Assembly (NCBI RefSeq): GCF_963921235.1 | Contig: NC_086097.1 | Location: 201,750,001 to 201,814,000, forward strand | Source: Mobula hypostoma | Taxonomy: Eukaryota | Direction of reading: 5' to 3' | DNA length: 64,000 nucleotides | Shown: piece after piece, positions 12,549 through 26,518 of the stretch | How the letters are laid out: each line of letters starts with the position of its first letter | How positions within the stretch are numbered: the stretch's first letter is position 1 | The notes under the pieces: generated by a model | The model's database searches: none | Seen by the model: the letters and a program-made list of their open reading frames with translations, nothing else | Told to the model about the DNA's origin: nothing | Program-made: the position numbers and the translations under genes

Positions 12549-14031
12549 CCTATCCAAACTTCTCTTAAACATTAATATCGAGCTTGCATGCACCACTTGT
12601 ACTGACAGCTTGTTTCACACTCCCACAACCCTCTGAGTGAAGAGTCTTATGTAACCCTTCAAAATTTTCACCTTTAACCCATGACCTCTGGTTGTAGTCC
12701 CAGCCATTCTCAGTCCATTTACCCTATCTATACCTGTCATAATTTTGTATATCTCTATCAAGTCTCTCCTCAGTCTTCTATGTTCCAAGGAATAAAGTCC
12801 TAACCTATTCATTCTTTCCTTGAAACTCGGGTCTTCCAGCCCCAGCAACATCCTTGTAAAACTTCTCTGTACTCTTTCAACTCTATTTGCATCTTTTCTG
12901 CAGGTCAGTGACCAAAGCTGCACACAATACTCCAAATTAGGCCTCACCTACATTTTGGAGAACATCATAACATCCCATCTCCTGTCCTCAATATTTTGAT
13001 TTATGAAGACTAATGTGCCAAAGGGTTTCTTTACAAACCCTATCCCCTGTGATGCCATTTTCAATAAATTGTGGACCTGTATTCCCAGATCCCTTTGTTC
13101 CACCGCACTCCTTTGTGCTCCAAGAAGAATTCCAACAGATTTTTAGGCAAGAATTTCCCTTAAGGACATCATGCTGACTTTGACATATTTGATCATGTAA
13201 TATAAGACCTACCCTGGTCGGTGCTACCACTGTGCAACATCTCACACCTGTCTCCTTTAAATTCCCTCTGCCATTTTTCCAGTCCACTTTTCCAGCTGCA
13301 AGCTCTTCCATGTTGTCCACTACACCCCCACAGTCTTGAGTCATCCACAAATTTGGTGATCCAGTTAATCACATAATAATCCAGATCATTAGTATTGACA
13401 ACAGACCCAGCCCTGATCTCTGGGACACTGCACTAGTTACAGGCTTCCAGTCAGAGAAGCAACCATCTACTACTACTCCCTGGCTTCTCCCACGAAATCA
13501 ATAGCTAATCCAATTTGTTACCTCATTTTGAATATCAAGTGACTGAATCTTTTTGATCAACTTCCCATGCAGAACCTTGTCATATGTCTTGCTAAAGTCC
13601 ATGTAGACAAGGTCCACTGCCTTGCTTTCATTAATTTTTCTGGTAACTTGCTCGAAAAACTCTATAAGATTGTTTAGACATGACCTACTCCGCACAAATC
13701 CATGCTGACTATCCCTAATCAGTCCATGTTTATCCAAATACTCATATTCAGTCCCTTAACTAGGACCTCAATATGTCTTGATATTGAGGTCCTACACATC
13801 TCCCTGCACCTGTTTCCTATACCTGTTATCTTTGCATTTCATTCTGACAGGTGCATACAAGTTTTGTACTCTCAAAATTTCACTTTTGAAGGCCTCCCAC
13901 TTACCAAGTACACCTTTGCCAGAAAGCAACCTGTACCAATCCACACTTACCAGATCCTTTCTGATAACATCAAAATTGGACTTTCTCCAATTTAGAATCT
14001 CAACCCGCAGATCAGACCTATCTTTTTCCAT

Positions 14032-14231
14032 AAACAACAGGAATTCTGCAGATGCTGGAAATTCAAGCAACACACATCAAAGTTGCTGGTGAACACAGCA
14101 GGCCAAGCAGCATCTGTAGGAAGAGGAGCAGTCGACGTTTCAGGCCGAGACCCTTCGTCAGGACAGACTACACCTCTTCCTACAGATGCTGCTTGGCCTG
14201 CTGCGTTCACCAGCAACTTTGATGTGTGTTG
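14032..14231. mobile_element. Fold-back Penelope-like pLTR insertion inside a CR1
   Basis: Inverted arms about 14066-14133 and 14166-14233; 14 bp TSD ctatctttttccat (14018-14031 and 14232-14245). Confidence 0.9.
14130..14164 (-). ncRNA. Minimal type I hammerhead ribozyme motif
   Basis: GUC-CUGACGA-AGG(GUCUCGG)CCU-GAAA-C-GUC-GAC: intact catalytic core with a palindromic ACGU helix III. Confidence 0.75.
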
Positions 14232-15631
14232 CTATCTTTTTCCATGTTTACTTTGAAACTCATGGCATTCCAATCACTAGATGCAAAGTGCTCTCAACAC
14301 AAACTTTTGTCACCTGTCCTGTCTCATTCCCTAATGGCAGATCAAGTTTCACACACTCTATCATTAGATCTCTATGTACTGATTAAGTACACTTTCCTGA
14401 ACACATTTGACAAACACTATCCCATCTGGTAACTTTATAGTATAGGAGCTCCAGTCAATATTTGGACAGTTAAAATCACCTGCTATAACAAGCTCATGTT
14501 TCTTGCAACAGTCTGCAATCTCTCTACAAATTTGTTCCTCTGAATCAACAGTGGGTGTTGATAGTACAGCTCCATTAATATGGTCCTACCTTTCTTGTAC
14601 ATCAGTCCCCGTCCAGCTTACGTGCAAACCCTCTCTTCTGTGCAGGTCCCATCTTCCCTGGAAAAGATCCCAATGATCCAAAAATCTGATGTCCTCCCAT
14701 TTCATCTGCCATTTCCTTGTCCTTCATTACTACCTCTCCAGTGTCATTTTCCTGGAGTATATCTATTCTTGCCTCTTTTACTGTTTATATATCTGAGAAA
14801 GAAATTTCTGATAATCTTTTTGATATTATTGACTAGCTTACCTTCATATTTCATCTTTTCCTTCCTTATGATATTTTCAGTTGCCTTCTGTTGCTTTTTA
14901 AAAGCTTCCCAATCCTCTAACTTTCCATTAGTTTTTGCTATATTTATGTTCTTTCTTTTGCACTGACGTTGTCTTTGGCTTCCCTTGTCAGCCATGGTTG
15001 CATCACCGTGCCTTTAGAATACTACTTTGGTATGTATCTATCCTGCACCTTTCAAATTGCTCCCAGAAACTCCAGCCATTGCTGTTCTGCTGTCATCACT
15101 GCTAGTGTCCACTTCCAATCAACTTTGGCCAGTTCTTTTCTCATGCTGTTCTATTTCTATCTACTACATTGTAACTTCTAACTTTATTTTGTCTCTCAAA
15201 TTGCATGGTGAATTCTATCACATTATGATTATTGCCTGCTGGGGGTTCCTTCACCTTGAGCTCCCTAATCAAGTTCATTACACAATGCCCAATTGAGAAT
15301 TACCTTTCTCCCAGTGGGCTCAATGACAAGCTGCTCTTAAAAAGTTATCTTGTAGGCATTCTACAAATGTTCTCTTGCGATCCAGCACCAACCTCATTTT
15401 CCTGATCTACCTGCGTATTGAAATACCCCATGACTGTCATAATGTTACCCTTTCGCCATGTCTTTTCTATCTCCTATTGTAATTTGCAGCCCACGTCCTG
15501 CTACTGTTCGGAGACCTGTATGTATCTCTCATCAGAGTCCTTCTAACTTGCAGTTTCTTAACTCTACCCACAAGGATTCTACATCTTTTAATCCTTTGTC
15601 ACCTTTTTCTTAGGGTTTGATTTCACTTTTT

Positions 15632-16480
15632 TAGTGCTCATTGCAGCCAAAAAGTTCTACTTTAACTTTGTCAGTCCACAGGATTTGTTTCCAAAATGCA
15701 TCAGGCTTATTTAGATGTTCCTTTGAACCTTTTGATAGAACTTTATGACTGCAATGAGCAAAGGTATGTTTGGAGAAAAAAGGGTGCAGAATTTAATGAA
15801 AGGAACACCTCTCCAACTGTTTAGCACGAGGGTGGATCGATCATGCTTTCAGCTTGTGTTGCAGCCAGTGGCACGGGGAATATTTACTGGTAGAGGGAAG
15901 AATGAATTCAATTAAATACCAGCAAATTCTGGAAGCAAACATCACACCATCTGTAAAAAAGCCAAAGTTGAAAAGAGGATGGTTTCTACAACAGGATAAT
16001 GATCCTAAACACACCTCAAAATCCACAATGGACTACCTCAAGGGGCGCAAGCTGAAGGTTTTGCCATGGCCCTCACAGTCCCCCGACCTAAACATCATCG
16101 AGAATTTGTGGATAGACCTCAAAAGAGCACTGCATGCAAGACAGCCCAAGAATCTTACAGAACTAGAAGCCTTTTGCAAGGAAGAATGGGTGAAAATCCC
16201 CCAAACAAGAATTGAAAAACTCTTAGCTGGCTATAGAAAGTGGGGTGTTACTAACTACTGACCATGCAGGGTGCCCAAACCTTTGCTTCGGGCCCTTTTC
16301 CTTTATTTATTATTTTGAAACTGTAAAAGATGGAAATAAAGTTTTCTTGCTTAAAATATTAAAGAAATGTGTCATCTTTAACTTTATGCCTTTTGGAAAT
16401 CAGTTCATCTTTTACTCGCTTAACTATTCACAGTAAGAGAAATTTTGATCGGGGTGCCCATACTTTTGCATGCCACTGTA
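15632..16480 (+). mobile_element. Tc1 (DD34E) transposon 3' part with a short inverted 5' piece
   Basis: ORF 15854..16261 has QQDNDPKH...WPSQSPDLNIIE with 34 residues between D and E. Ends ...cttttgcatgccactg then TA (16479-16480). Positions ~15636-15659 are an inverted copy of ~15737-15760. Confidence 0.92.
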
Positions 16481-17900
16481 GTTGAACTACATCTCGCAGC
16501 TATTATAGCCAGTAGTCTTTTTGGAAATTTCTTGCTAGCTTTGCCCAATGTTGTGGAGCAAGATTTGTCCTATCCTCCTTCCAAAATTACTCAGGCAGTG
16601 CCAGGTTGGTTGGAGAGGCCAAGAAGTTCCATTTTAGTCTGAACCAACCACAAGACCTTTTTCCATATCTTTACAGTATCTTCTAAGTGACACTTTACAG
16701 GCAAAGATGTTTTTTTTAAGCCAGGGCTTCTTCCTTGCCACCCTTCCATAAATACCCTTTTTGTGCCAGGCCTTAGAAATTGTGGAGCCATGACCATCAT
16801 CTCCATTTGCAGCCACAGATTTCTGCAGCTCATTCAGAGCGATGGCTGATGTCACAGTAGCCTCATTTACAAGTGCCATTCTTCTCCAGTGGTTGTTTAG
16901 AGGGGCAGCCTGACCTAGGCAGTGTGGCTTTGGTTTCATATTTTTCCACTTCTTCAGGATGTACTGCACTGAGCTCCAGGGTATGTCCAGTGGCCTTCAA
17001 GATGACCTTGTACCTCTCCCCCCACCCCCCACTTCTCAATTATTATTTCCTTGTCTTTTCTTGAATGCTCTTGTCTTCATTTTGGTTTGGCCTGTTGAAA
17101 ATCTATCAAACTGGAGGAGGAGAAGTTGGCAGTACGATGCAGCGCGCGCGGCCGCTGTGGAATGGTATCTGTATTTGTCAAGTAGGGTACCGTGCACAAT
17201 TCTGATTTGATGGAGACAGAAGTGAGAGCACAGAGGAACATCTGGAGAAACTTCTGAAATGCCCGCTTCGCTGCCGCTGCTACTGTCTGGTCCGGAATCT
17301 CCAGAGGAGTAGGCCTCTGAGTCCTCGGCTTTGCTTGTTTTGGCGGCCGGGACGATGTTGAAAGCGCTCGGCAGAGGATGGCACTCGGGAAGCTGTATCG
17401 GAGGGGCTGGTCGGAGGCTCGAAGTTTTCAGATGGACTCAGTCGGCTGCGGTCGGGTGCTTCCAATGCATTGGCAATTGTCAGTGCCTGGAGGTTTATGG
17501 CAGGGGAGTTTCTCCCTTTGCCACCTGCTATTGGGGACTATAGGAGTCGATCGGGACTTGAGACTTTTTTTTACCATGCCCATGGTCTGTTCTTTATCAA
17601 TTTATGGTATTGTTTTGCACTGCTGTAACTATATGTTATAATTATGTGGTTTTGTCAGTGTTAGTCTTTGGTTTGTCCTGTTTTTGTGTGATATCACGCT
17701 GGAGGAACATTGTATCATTTTTTAATGCATGCATTTCTAAATGACAATAGACTAGAACTGAGTGTCCTCATAATCTTAAAAAAACTGTTGGACCTTAGAG
17801 AGAGGTATTTATTCTTATGAATTCATTGAAAACAGGTGATCCTCCAATTTTCTACGTCAACAAATTGGGTCCAAAAAGGATGCAATGAGCAGATAAATGT
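16481..17900 (-). mobile_element. Degenerate Tc1 transposon (DNA-binding region), interrupted by a retroposon
   Basis: ORF 16634..16969 contains ILKKWK...STISKAWHKKGIYGRVARKKPWLKK, and another frame gives WKKVLW. Boundaries approximate. Confidence 0.78.
17114..17781 (+). mobile_element. Non-autonomous retroposon (SINE-like) inserted in the Tc1
   Basis: CpG-rich head, A-rich 3' end, flanked by aaactg (17108-17113 and 17782-17787). No credible ORF. Confidence 0.65.
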
Positions 17901-18094
17901 TAGGTATAGGGACTAAATAAATTAGGTCCTCAATAGGTGAGGCATCAGAGTATCTGGGGATTTTGGTGTAAATGGTAAGATGACGACAGTAGACATTTGA
18001 TCGATTAACTGACAATAATTTGGAAGTCAAATCACTGAACTTTCAATCCTGGATCTAGATCTGTGGGTATAGATTTGTTTTGCATTGATCTTTA

Positions 18095-18800
18095 GAACAT
18101 GGAAAATTACAGCACAGTACAGGTCCTTTGGTCCCAGTATTGTGCTGACCTTTTAACCTACCCTAAGATCAATCTATCTCTTCCCTCCTACATAACCCTC
18201 AATTTTTCTATCATCCATGGGCCTACATATAGAGTTTCTTAAATGCACCTAATGTATCTGGCACTCTCACACTCACCCACCACTCCTTATGTAAAGAACT
18301 TGCCTCTGACATCCTCCCTATAGTTTCCTCCAATCACCTTAAAATTATGTCCACTTGTGTTAGACATTTCCACCCTGAGGAAAAAGTATCTGGCAATCCA
18401 TTTTATCTATGCCTCTTATCATCTTTCCAGCACTTTTAATTCCCCTTTCATCATCCTCCACTCTATAGAGAAAAGCCCTAGCTCACTCCACTTATCCTCA
18501 TAAGACATGCACTCTTGTCCAGGCAACATACTGGTAAATCTTCTCTGCACCCCCTCTAAAGCATCCACATCCTTCTTATAATGAGGTAACCAGAACTAAA
18601 CACAATATTCCAAGTGTGGTCAAACCAGGGTTTTACAGAGCCATGATACTATCTCACTGCTCTTGAACTCAATCTCCAGACTATAGAAGGCCAACACCCC
18701 ATACACTTTCTTAACAATCCTATCAACTTGCGCAGCAACTTTGAGGGATCTATAGATGTGGGCACCAGGATCCCTCTGTTCCTCCACACTGCCAAGAAAT
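18095..18800 (-). mobile_element. CR1 LINE 3' fragment
   Basis: Starts at a reverse CR1 tail (tagaacatgg...) and contains the reverse complement of KTLV.PHLEYCV.FW.PHYKKDV-type coding sequence. Confidence 0.85.
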
Positions 18801-21800
18801 TAAAACTAGGGTGGTGGGGGGAACTTGCCTGTGATGTCAATATACAGGCATGGTACTATCTTCTCCCACTTCTTTCTAAGTATTTGTTGGCAGGCTTCAG
18901 CCTAATTCTGAAATGGAATATTTCATTTCTCCTTTTTACTTTCTGTACCAAGCCACCCACAGCAGTTTCATAAATGCACAGTCATCCCTCTCCCATGTTT
19001 TGCCAATTTTGAATCTCTTTCAAATCAGCTTGCTCTAGGCTCTATCGTGTTCTTCTGTGTCAATGGATCTTCCATTTGGGGGGGCGGGGACGGTGTGTGT
19101 GTGTGTAATTCTACACACACATATTCTGCGTCATTGTATTTCCGTGGCATCCCGGGGGAGGTGGGCTGTGGGATTCTTATTACGTGGTTGTGATCTTGTG
19201 TGTGCTTACTGTGTGTGACTATTGGTAATGTGTCTTGAACCTTGACCCTATAGTAAAGCTGTCTTGTCTGGCTGTATTCATATATGGTTAAATGAATACA
19301 GCCAAATTGTACAGCGGCAAAGAAGAAGCTGTCAACAGGAAGGGCAAGCTATATACATTTCAAAGTCTTCTTGCCACCCTGTTCAAAGAGATGCTGAGGG
19401 GAGACAAGGATGCACAATTCCCTGTGGGTGTGAAGGAAAAAAATCAGCTAGCGAGGGCCAGGCAAACACTACTGCATTTTGTCTGGAAGTTGAGGCCCGA
19501 AAGTCAAACCCATGGTTGGCATCCTGGGGTGAGAGTGCCGATATCTCTGAGTCCATGGATCCTCAGACAAGGACTGGAGGCCCAGAGGCAGTCTGTCCTG
19601 GGTGTGCGAGTAGGTGAGAGGGATGGGAAAAGGGCCTGCTTTACTGATGCTTGTGATGTTCTGTGGAGCATGGTGGACCTGCTATATGGGCACAGGAATG
19701 TGTAGTTACACTTGTGGGCTGCCTCCAGCACAAACAATGTTAATGGAAATTATGCATTTTAATGTCTGTTAAGACATACATATGATTAATAAACCTGAAT
19801 CTGCACACGCACAAAATGTTGAAGGAACTCAGCAGGTCAGGCAACATCTATGGAAAAGAATAAGTAGTTCCTCCAGCATTGTGTGTGTGTGTGTGTGTGT
19901 GTGTTGCTTTGGATTTCCAACATGTTTAGAATCTGAGTCAGAACTGGGTACCTAGATTATGGTAATGTGCTTCTGGATTCAGTGCTAAAACTGCTGTGTT
20001 AACCAATATGAGTCACATTTCAAGAAAGTAAGTCCAATGACACATGTTCATCCTTGTGCTTATTCTAACCACTTCGTTCTGGCTCCTCATACCCGTTCCA
20101 GTATGTCACTTATCATTGATAATGACTTGCATTACAGATACCTCTCCAACTTTGAGTGCCAATGTCAGCCAACCTTTCCCCTGCAGTTACTCTCCATCCT
20201 TTAGTACCTCCTTGCCAAAAAAAAAGTGGAGAACCATGCAAAATGAGTTTATTTTTTTCTTGTGGTTCTGCAATGAACAGAGACATTTTGCACTTTTTGG
20301 CCCAGTATTTTTATTGAACTAGAAATGAACAGAGAAAAGGCTGGATTAGACTGATGTTTAGACCTGTGATATCTTTGGCACTAGCAGATTCCTACAAGAA
20401 ATTAATAGGTTTTTCTCTCTGTTCATTTAAAGATCCCAAGCATTCTCCAGTTCATTTATAAGGGTGTTTATTATCTGGGCATGACAGTAAGAGTTGAGAT
20501 ACTACCCCATTATTAATTTATCCTATGCTCAAACTGAGTGTCCCAGCAAAACTGGAAAAAAGATGCAATTAACATGAACAACTTTGACCAACTGGTTCCT
20601 GCCTAATGCTAACATCAATTTGTTGTTCTAATCAAAGCAATCTACTTCAGTGCAGTAATGACAATGAGTGTTCCATCTTTCTGCTCCAGATGTCTGCACA
20701 TCCACGGGAATATCACTGAGCCATTACAGGAGTATTAGGAATTATTTCATTTCATTTAGTCAATTCATGACTTATTGATTGTAGCATGAGTATACAGGAA
20801 TGCTTCCTGCTCAGTGGACAGATAATCGGAAGTGGGGTCTCAAAAGGCAAACATGCAGGACTAGAAAATGATTTGTGTTCAAAAAGCATTGAACCAGCAT
20901 TGCACCTTGTCCTAGTTCTGCTTTAATGTGATACATTATGATTGATATAGTAGGTAGTTTTTTTCCCCAGTTGTCTCCTTTTTGGAGATGTGATAAAGGA
21001 AATCTCAGGCTAAATTTTCTGCATTTGCTGTGCAACTCTGACATCAAGACTCCTACTCTAAACAGGAATAATGATGTTGTCCAGAAAAGGACAGAGTGGC
21101 AGGAGAAGAGAAATTAGAAGAACCCAGAGATAACTGGGTTCAATCGGAGTCCAGTGGAGGAGATGCACTGCAAAGGCCAGGTTTTTGTGACAGCAGAGCC
21201 CAGAGATCATGGGCTACAGCCAGGAGTGCAGGTTGGCAGTAGAACTGACAGCCCTGAAATATAGAGTAATGCAGGAAGAGGAATTGGTACACCATAAAGT
21301 ATTTAAGTGTGAGGGCTCCACTGCTATAGCCTGCAACACAACAACCACAGAAGCATCAGCCCTCACACCTGCTCACTCACTGACAACCAGACAGCAACAC
21401 ATCCTTCCCTCACAATGAGCTAGACAAAGGCCACTCTTCCTTGCCCACAATCACTGACATTCAAGGACTCCCTCAAACCTCCTGTCACCTGTTGGTCAGC
21501 CTCTCTCTTCCTTGTGCTCCCTGAGAACCGGAGAGCTACTTCTCTGTTTTCCCATATAATCAGACAGTAACATTGCCTTCATGCCCCTTCCTTGGCTCTT
21601 CCACCTCAGTCATCTCTGGCCAGTATCTTCACTGAGCATAATAGACTCCCAATATTGGAGGGTGGTAGTCTTCTATAATAATATTAGACACAAATTTGAA
21701 GATATTTGGTCTCTCTAATGAAGAATCAAACTTCCATCAATATAGTCATATTAAAACGACTACAGCCTACATTATGACCAATGTAGGAATTACTTAAACT

Positions 21801-21839
21801 TGACGTTACTATTCTCTTCATGGAGAAAACCCATCCCTG

Positions 21840-23840
21840 TATTCAGGGATTCAACTTGGAACCTGGATGAGTTTGCTGCAGTTGTTACCGACCTCATTAA
21901 AACCTGTGTGGATGAGTGTGTGTCCACAAAGACTTCCAGTAAATTCCCAAACCAAAAGCCATGGATGAACTAGGAGGTACATCGCCTGCTGAAGGTGAGA
22001 CCTGTGGTATTCAAGTCTGGCAACCCAGGTCTGTACCAGAAAACCAGGTACAATTTGCGGAGGGCAATTACAAGGGCGAAGAGACAATTTCAAATGAGGT
22101 TGGAGGGGATATCAGATGCATGACAACTCGGGCAGGGTCTGCAAGACATTACTTCCTACAAAGTGAAGCCCAACAGCATGAATGGCAGCGATGCTTCACT
22201 ACCAGATGAACTCAATGCCTTCTATGCATGCTTTGAAAGGGAGAACACAACTACAGCTGTGAAGATCCTTGCTGCACCCGATGACTCTGTGATCTCCGTC
22301 TCAGAGGCCGATGTTAGACTGTCTTTAAAGAGAGTGAACCCTCATGAGGTGGAAGATCCCGATGGAGTACCTGGTAAGGCTCTGAAAACCTGTGCCAACC
22401 AGCTAGCGGGAGTATTCAAGGACATTTTCAACCTCTCACTGCTACGGGTGGAAGTTCCCACTTGTTTCAAAAAGGCAACAATTATACCAATGCCTAAGAA
22501 GAATAATAGTAGGCCTTAATGACCATCGCCCGGTAGCACTCACTTCTGCAATGATGAAATGCTTCAAGAGGTTAGTCATAACTAGACTGAACCCCTGTCT
22601 CAACAAGGACCTGGACCCATTGCAATTTGCCTATCGCCACAATAGGTCAATAGCAGATGCAATCTCAATGGCTCTCCACATGGCTTTAGACCACCTGGAT
22701 GCTGTTTATCGACTATAGCTCAGCATTTAATACCATCATTCCCACAATCCTGATTGAGAAGTTGCAGAACCTGGGCCTCTGTACCTCCCTCTGCAATTGG
22801 ATCCTTGACTTCCGAACCAGAAGACCCCAATTTGTGCAGATTTGGTGATAATACCTCCTCCTCGCTGATGATCAACACTGGTGCACCTCAGCTTAGCCCA
22901 CTGCTCTACTCTCTCTATATCCATGACTGTGTGACTAGGCGTAGCTCAAATAACATCTATAAATTTGCTGATGATACAACCATTGTTGGTAGAATCTCTG
23001 GTGGTGACAAGAGGGCGTACAGGAGTGAGATATGCCAACTAGTGGAGTGGTGCCACAGCAACAACCTGGCACTCAACGTCAATAAGACGAAAGAGCTGAT
23101 TGTGGACTTCAGGAAGGATAAGATGAAGGAACACATACCAATTCTCATAGTGGGATCAGAAGTGGAGGCAGTGAGCAGCTTCAAGTTCCTGGGTGTCAAG
23201 ATCTCTGAGGATCTAACCTGGTCCCAACATGTCGATGTAGTTATAAAGAAGGCAAGACACTGGCTATACTTTATTAGGAATTTGAAAAGACTTGGCATGT
23301 CAACAAATACACTCAAAAACTTCTATAGTTGTACCATGGAGAGCATTCTGACAGGCTGCATCACTATCTGGTATGGAGGGGCTACTGCACGGTACAAAAG
23401 AAGCTACAGAAGGTTGTAAATCTAGTCAACTCCATCTTGGACACAAGCCTACAAAGTACGCAGGACATCTTTAGGGAGCAGTGTCTCAGAAAGGCAGTAT
23501 CCATTATTAAGGACCTCCAGCATCCAGGGCATGCCCTTTTCTCACTGTACCTCCTACCTGATGGTAACAGAAACCTGAAGGCATACACTCAGCGATTCAG
23601 GAACAGCTTCTTCCCCTTTGCCATTCGATTCCTAAATGAACATTGAATCTTTGGACACTACCTCACTTCTATTATACAGTATTTCTGTTTTTCCACTTTT
23701 TAAAATCTATTCAATATATGCAATTGATTTGATTATTATTATTATTTTTCTCTGCTAGATTATGTATTGCATCGAACTGCTGCTGCTAAATTAACAAATT
23801 TCACATCACATGCCGGTTTTAATAATCCTAATTCTGATGT
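21840..23840 (+). mobile_element. 5'-truncated Rex1/Babar-type LINE
   Basis: ORFs 22163..22519, 22754..23419 (NTGAPQ..LSPLLYSLY..KFADDTTIVG..ESILTGCITIWYG) and 23329..23646; 3' tail ...catgccgg...attctgat. An orphan copy of the tail lies at ~40543-40598. Confidence 0.92.
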
Positions 23841-24160
23841 CGTATTGCACATAGATAGCTCAATATAGTCATGTTAAAGCAGCTACAGCCTACATTATGA
23901 CCAATGTAGGAATTAGTTAAACTTGACGTTCCTATTCTCTTCATAGAGAGAACCCATCCCCTGCCACTTCACCTTCCATTGGAGCCCTTTACCCCAATAG
24001 AACAAGATATTTACAAGGTCAAACCCCTTCACAGTGGCATTCAGGAAAACCAGAGCTAAACAAGAATAAATGTTTCAGTTAAGGACCTTTAGTCAGACAG
24101 CAACGCTCTTAAAATATGAAACTCAATTTAAAACTGTTATAATGCCTTGTGGAAAAATCT

Positions 24161-24309
24161 AAGCAACACATATCAAAGTTGCTGGTGAACGCAGCGGGCT
24201 GAAACGTCAACTGTACCTCTTCCTATAGATGCTGCCTGGCCTGCTGCGTTCACCAGCAACTTTGATGTGTGTTGCTTGAACTTCCAGCATCTGCAGAATT
24301 CCTCGTGTC
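24161..24309. mobile_element. Short fold-back Penelope-like pLTR insertion
   Basis: aagcaacaca.atcaaagttgctggtgaacgcagc is inverted against gctgcgttcaccagcaactttgatgtgtgttgctt; 12 bp TSD gtggaaaaatct (24149-24160 and 24310-24321). Confidence 0.9.
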
Positions 24310-25361
24310 GTGGAAAAATCTGTTTGTCATGAGAAGATTGACCCCACCAAGGAATGTATTTTAATATAAGATTATTATATTAATATAAAATATTATTTTA
24401 ATGAGTGATGGGCCATAGTTGATATAATTCTGGATCAACTTACAATATTTGAACATCAATAGAGAAGAGCCAATAAGGGAATGAAATATTTATGTGGCAG
24501 GAAACCTTACCGTCTTTCTGGCTCTATTATTACATGCTTTGCAATTTGATGTTACTTCAATGGACAAAGGCTATGTACTAAGCAAGATTGGCTGTGCTTT
24601 CAGTTAACAAACACTTCTGTAAGCTTAGTTACAACTTTCAGATGATTGTGTGGTCTTCTGGAGCAGGAAGGGTTCTTTGATCAGGTCAAACTGATCCAAC
24701 GCTGGTGAATGACAATGGATGTACTGGAGTTTGTACTGTATATGGTACAGAAATCATTATTCTATTCAACAGTTCCTGATAGCATGTCCAAACATCGCAG
24801 CAATTTGCATTTTACGCTGACACCTGGTATGAGAGCAACTGATTTTTGTTCTGCTCCTCTTCCTCTGGTTTCTGCTATTTCTCTTTTCACTGGAGGAACA
24901 GAAGCAAGGGTTCAGCTCACTCCAGCTCAACTGGGGCATTAGATGATACTCCAGTTGTCATACAGACAGCAACATTTCATTTTGGGAAGGTAGTCGTCTG
25001 CTGAAGTTGCAAGTGGAGTGCAAATGTCCCTTGCATTTGTGCAGCTGTAGAAAAAGCCTAATTGACAATGACTGGCAAGCTTTGAGAAATGGCACTGAAA
25101 CCTCAGTCATCAACACGAAGAAAAATGGTGTCAAATACCTTTTGGGATGCACATCTGGTGTCTTAAACACTTTAATCATATGAGTCACACTGTGAAATTC
25201 CAAGTTGTATTTCTAGAGGCAAGGAATGGTCTGGAAATGTTGCATCTCACCTAGAAATGGTAATTTTCACTGGTGTTAAACCTAAATGAATAGGGCCAGA
25301 CATTCATACTTCAAGGCTACATACAGTATAATTTGTTAAGACTTTATAAGGAAAATGAACT

Positions 25362-26010
25362 CATTCTGACATGTCTTAATTCCACATCCCATTCCCATTC
25401 TGACATGTCCCAGTGGCCACACATTTTAATTCCACATCCCATTCCCATTCTGACATGTCTATCCACGGCCTCCTCTACTGTAAAGATGAAGCCACACTCA
25501 GGTTGGAGGAACAACACCTTATATTCCGTCTGGGTAGCCTCCAACCTGATGGCATGAACATCGACTTCTCTAACTTCCGCTAAAGCCCCACCTCCCCCTC
25601 ATACCCCATCTGTTACTTATTTTTATGCACACATTCTTTCTCTCACTCTCCTTTTTCTCCCTCTGTCCCTCTGAATATACCTCTTGCCCATCCTCTGGGT
25701 CCCCCCCCCTAGTCTTTCTTCCCGGACCTCCTGTCCCATGATCCTCTCGTATCCCCTTTTGCCTATCACCTGTCCAGCTCTTGGCTCTATCCCTCCCCCT
25801 CCTGTCTTCTCCTATCATTTTGGATCTCCCCCTCCCCCTCCAACTTTCAAATCCCTTACTCACTCTTCCTTCAGTTAGTCCTGACGAAGGGTCTCGGCCT
25901 GAAACGTCAACTGCACCTCTTCCTACAGATGCTGCCTGGCCTGCTGCGTTCACCAGCAACTTTGATGTGTGTTGCTTGAATTTCCAGCATCTGCAGAATT
26001 CCTGTTGTTC
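25362..26010 (+). mobile_element. Penelope-like element 3' end (GIY-YIG C-terminus and pLTR)
   Basis: Encodes PVATHFNSTSHSHSDMSIHGLLYCKDEATLRLEEQHLIFRLGSLQPDGMNIDFSNFR*, then a pyrimidine-rich pLTR with a hammerhead motif. Confidence 0.92.
25877..25912 (+). ncRNA. Minimal hammerhead ribozyme motif (helix I mismatch)
   Basis: agtc-CTGACGA-agggtctcggcct-GAAAC-GTC-aact. Confidence 0.65.
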
Positions 26011-26518
26011 ATGAAACAGTTCCCTAACTCCCCTGACGTCTTGGTAAATCTATTCAGTGTAGCTGACCCTTGCACCTTATAAAGCTCCTGCACATGGCCA
26101 AAATGAATATTCCCGTTGGCTGATTATTAAATCCTATATGAACTTCTATTTTGAATGGAACAAGAACACCTTCATACTCCTGAACATGGTACTTAATTTA
26201 TGTACAATAATTAGAACAAAATTTTTAGAAATGGTTCTCAAGTAGAATATTGAAAAAGTTCAATTAACTTCTAGTGCTATAACAAATTTTGATGAAAATT
26301 TATAACTTCTTTAACCACAAGTTTGCAGTGCAACAGCAAGACCTTTTTTTTAAACAAAAAGTGAGCAACTGATATCATTAAAGATGTCCTTTTTTATCCC
26401 CTGCATAATTAACCTATTGGAATCAGTTGTCCAGCCAGTAAGAAAGGCACTTTCATTGCACTACAAATATATTTTGACATTATCTGTCAAGATGTTTCAA
26501 AACCAATTTTGTTCAATA

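Larger units (their letters stand above)
12549..15630 (-). mobile_element. Cluster of degenerate CR1 LINE fragments
   Basis: ORFs 12615..12947 (RPNLEYCVQLWS), 13498..13737 (QHGFVRSRSCL...YMDFSKTYDKV), 13792..14073 and 14744..14995. Confidence 0.9.

Noticed and set aside
19264..19737. ORFs of 117 and 137 aa
   Set aside because: They run into a degenerate repeat tail, with no splice context or recognisable domain.
25570..26014. Recurrent ORFs such as MLVNAAGQAASVGRG and SPDEGSRPETSTAPLP (also at 14, 42, 43, 61 and 63 kb)
   Set aside because: They are translations of the non-coding pLTR and hammerhead sequence, not a gene family.
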